Assembly: GCA_046590305.1 (NCBI GenBank)
Contig: JBKJUA010000063.1
Coordinates: forward strand, 1-40,169
Source: Bradyrhizobium sp.
GTDB lineage: Bacteria; Pseudomonadota; Alphaproteobacteria; Rhizobiales; Xanthobacteraceae
Length of the DNA: 40,169 bases
Reading direction: 5' to 3'
In this document: one piece after another, positions 39,907-40,169 of the stretch
How positions within the stretch are numbered: position 1 is the first letter of the stretch
Layout: each line of letters opens with the position of its first letter
The notes under the pieces: generated by a model
The model's database searches: none
Seen by the model: only the letters and a program-made list of their open reading frames with translations
What the model was told of the DNA's origin: nothing
Made by a program: the position numbers and the translations under genes

Positions 39907-40152
39907 ATGGATTTCGAGACGCTGTTTGCCAAAACCCCGGCCACGCTGGACGAGATCAGAGCCCGGGTTGCCTATGCGCTCGAACGGCATCCTTTGTGCC
40001 GCAGCGTGCAATTCGACATCGTCTCGATGCCGCGCACCCCCAAGGGCAACTGGACCATCAGCCTGAAATCGGTAGCGCCGGACGCGCTGTGGGAAGCCTC
40101 GGATATCGTCGCCGATATCCAGGAAGCCTACGAACTGGCGGTTGCGGCCTGA
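39907..40152 (+). CDS. Small hypothetical protein (81 aa)
   Basis: AAGGGGA RBS; genome-typical GC-rich third positions; follows the CtrA box. Confidence 0.7.
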   Translation: MDFETLFAKTPATLDEIRARVAYALERHPLCRSVQFDIVSMPRTPKGNWTISLKSVAPDALWEASDIVADIQEAYELAVAA

Positions 40153-40169
40153 AATTAACCATTTTGGCG

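Overview
High-GC alphaproteobacterial chromosome segment. Gene content and repeat families look like Bradyrhizobium/Bradyrhizobiaceae (inference). In order: a urea ABC transporter (urtA end, urtBCDE) and the urease operon ureDABC-[2 ABM monooxygenases]-ureEFG; a general stress response (GSR) locus (CHASE-HWE kinase-like gene, ecfG-nepR, phyR, PAS-HWE kinase); housekeeping genes (DUF1013/trcR, ispH-thrB-rnhA, peroxiredoxin, DUF924, fadD, DD-carboxypeptidase, ndvA, an ABC binding protein); two tandem Gly/Tyr-rich exported proteins; hisE paralog and yqaA; and a nitronate monooxygenase/thioesterase/CoA-ligase neighbourhood interrupted by a KaiC-like ATPase plus hybrid histidine kinase. There are about nine REP-like palindromic elements from several families and no transposase, rRNA, tRNA or CRISPR. 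Most notable: (1) sigma-EcfG-type promoters (GGAAC-N16-xxTT) precede the KaiC-like module, both Gly/Tyr-rich genes and the CHASE gene; (2) an unannotated candidate sRNA with a C-rich loop sits in the GSR locus; (3) the CHASE-HWE protein has a degenerate ATP-binding domain; (4) REP insertions inside the urt/ure operon are spanned by short ORFs linking the upstream stop to the downstream start. All motifs were read by eye; no database searches were run.
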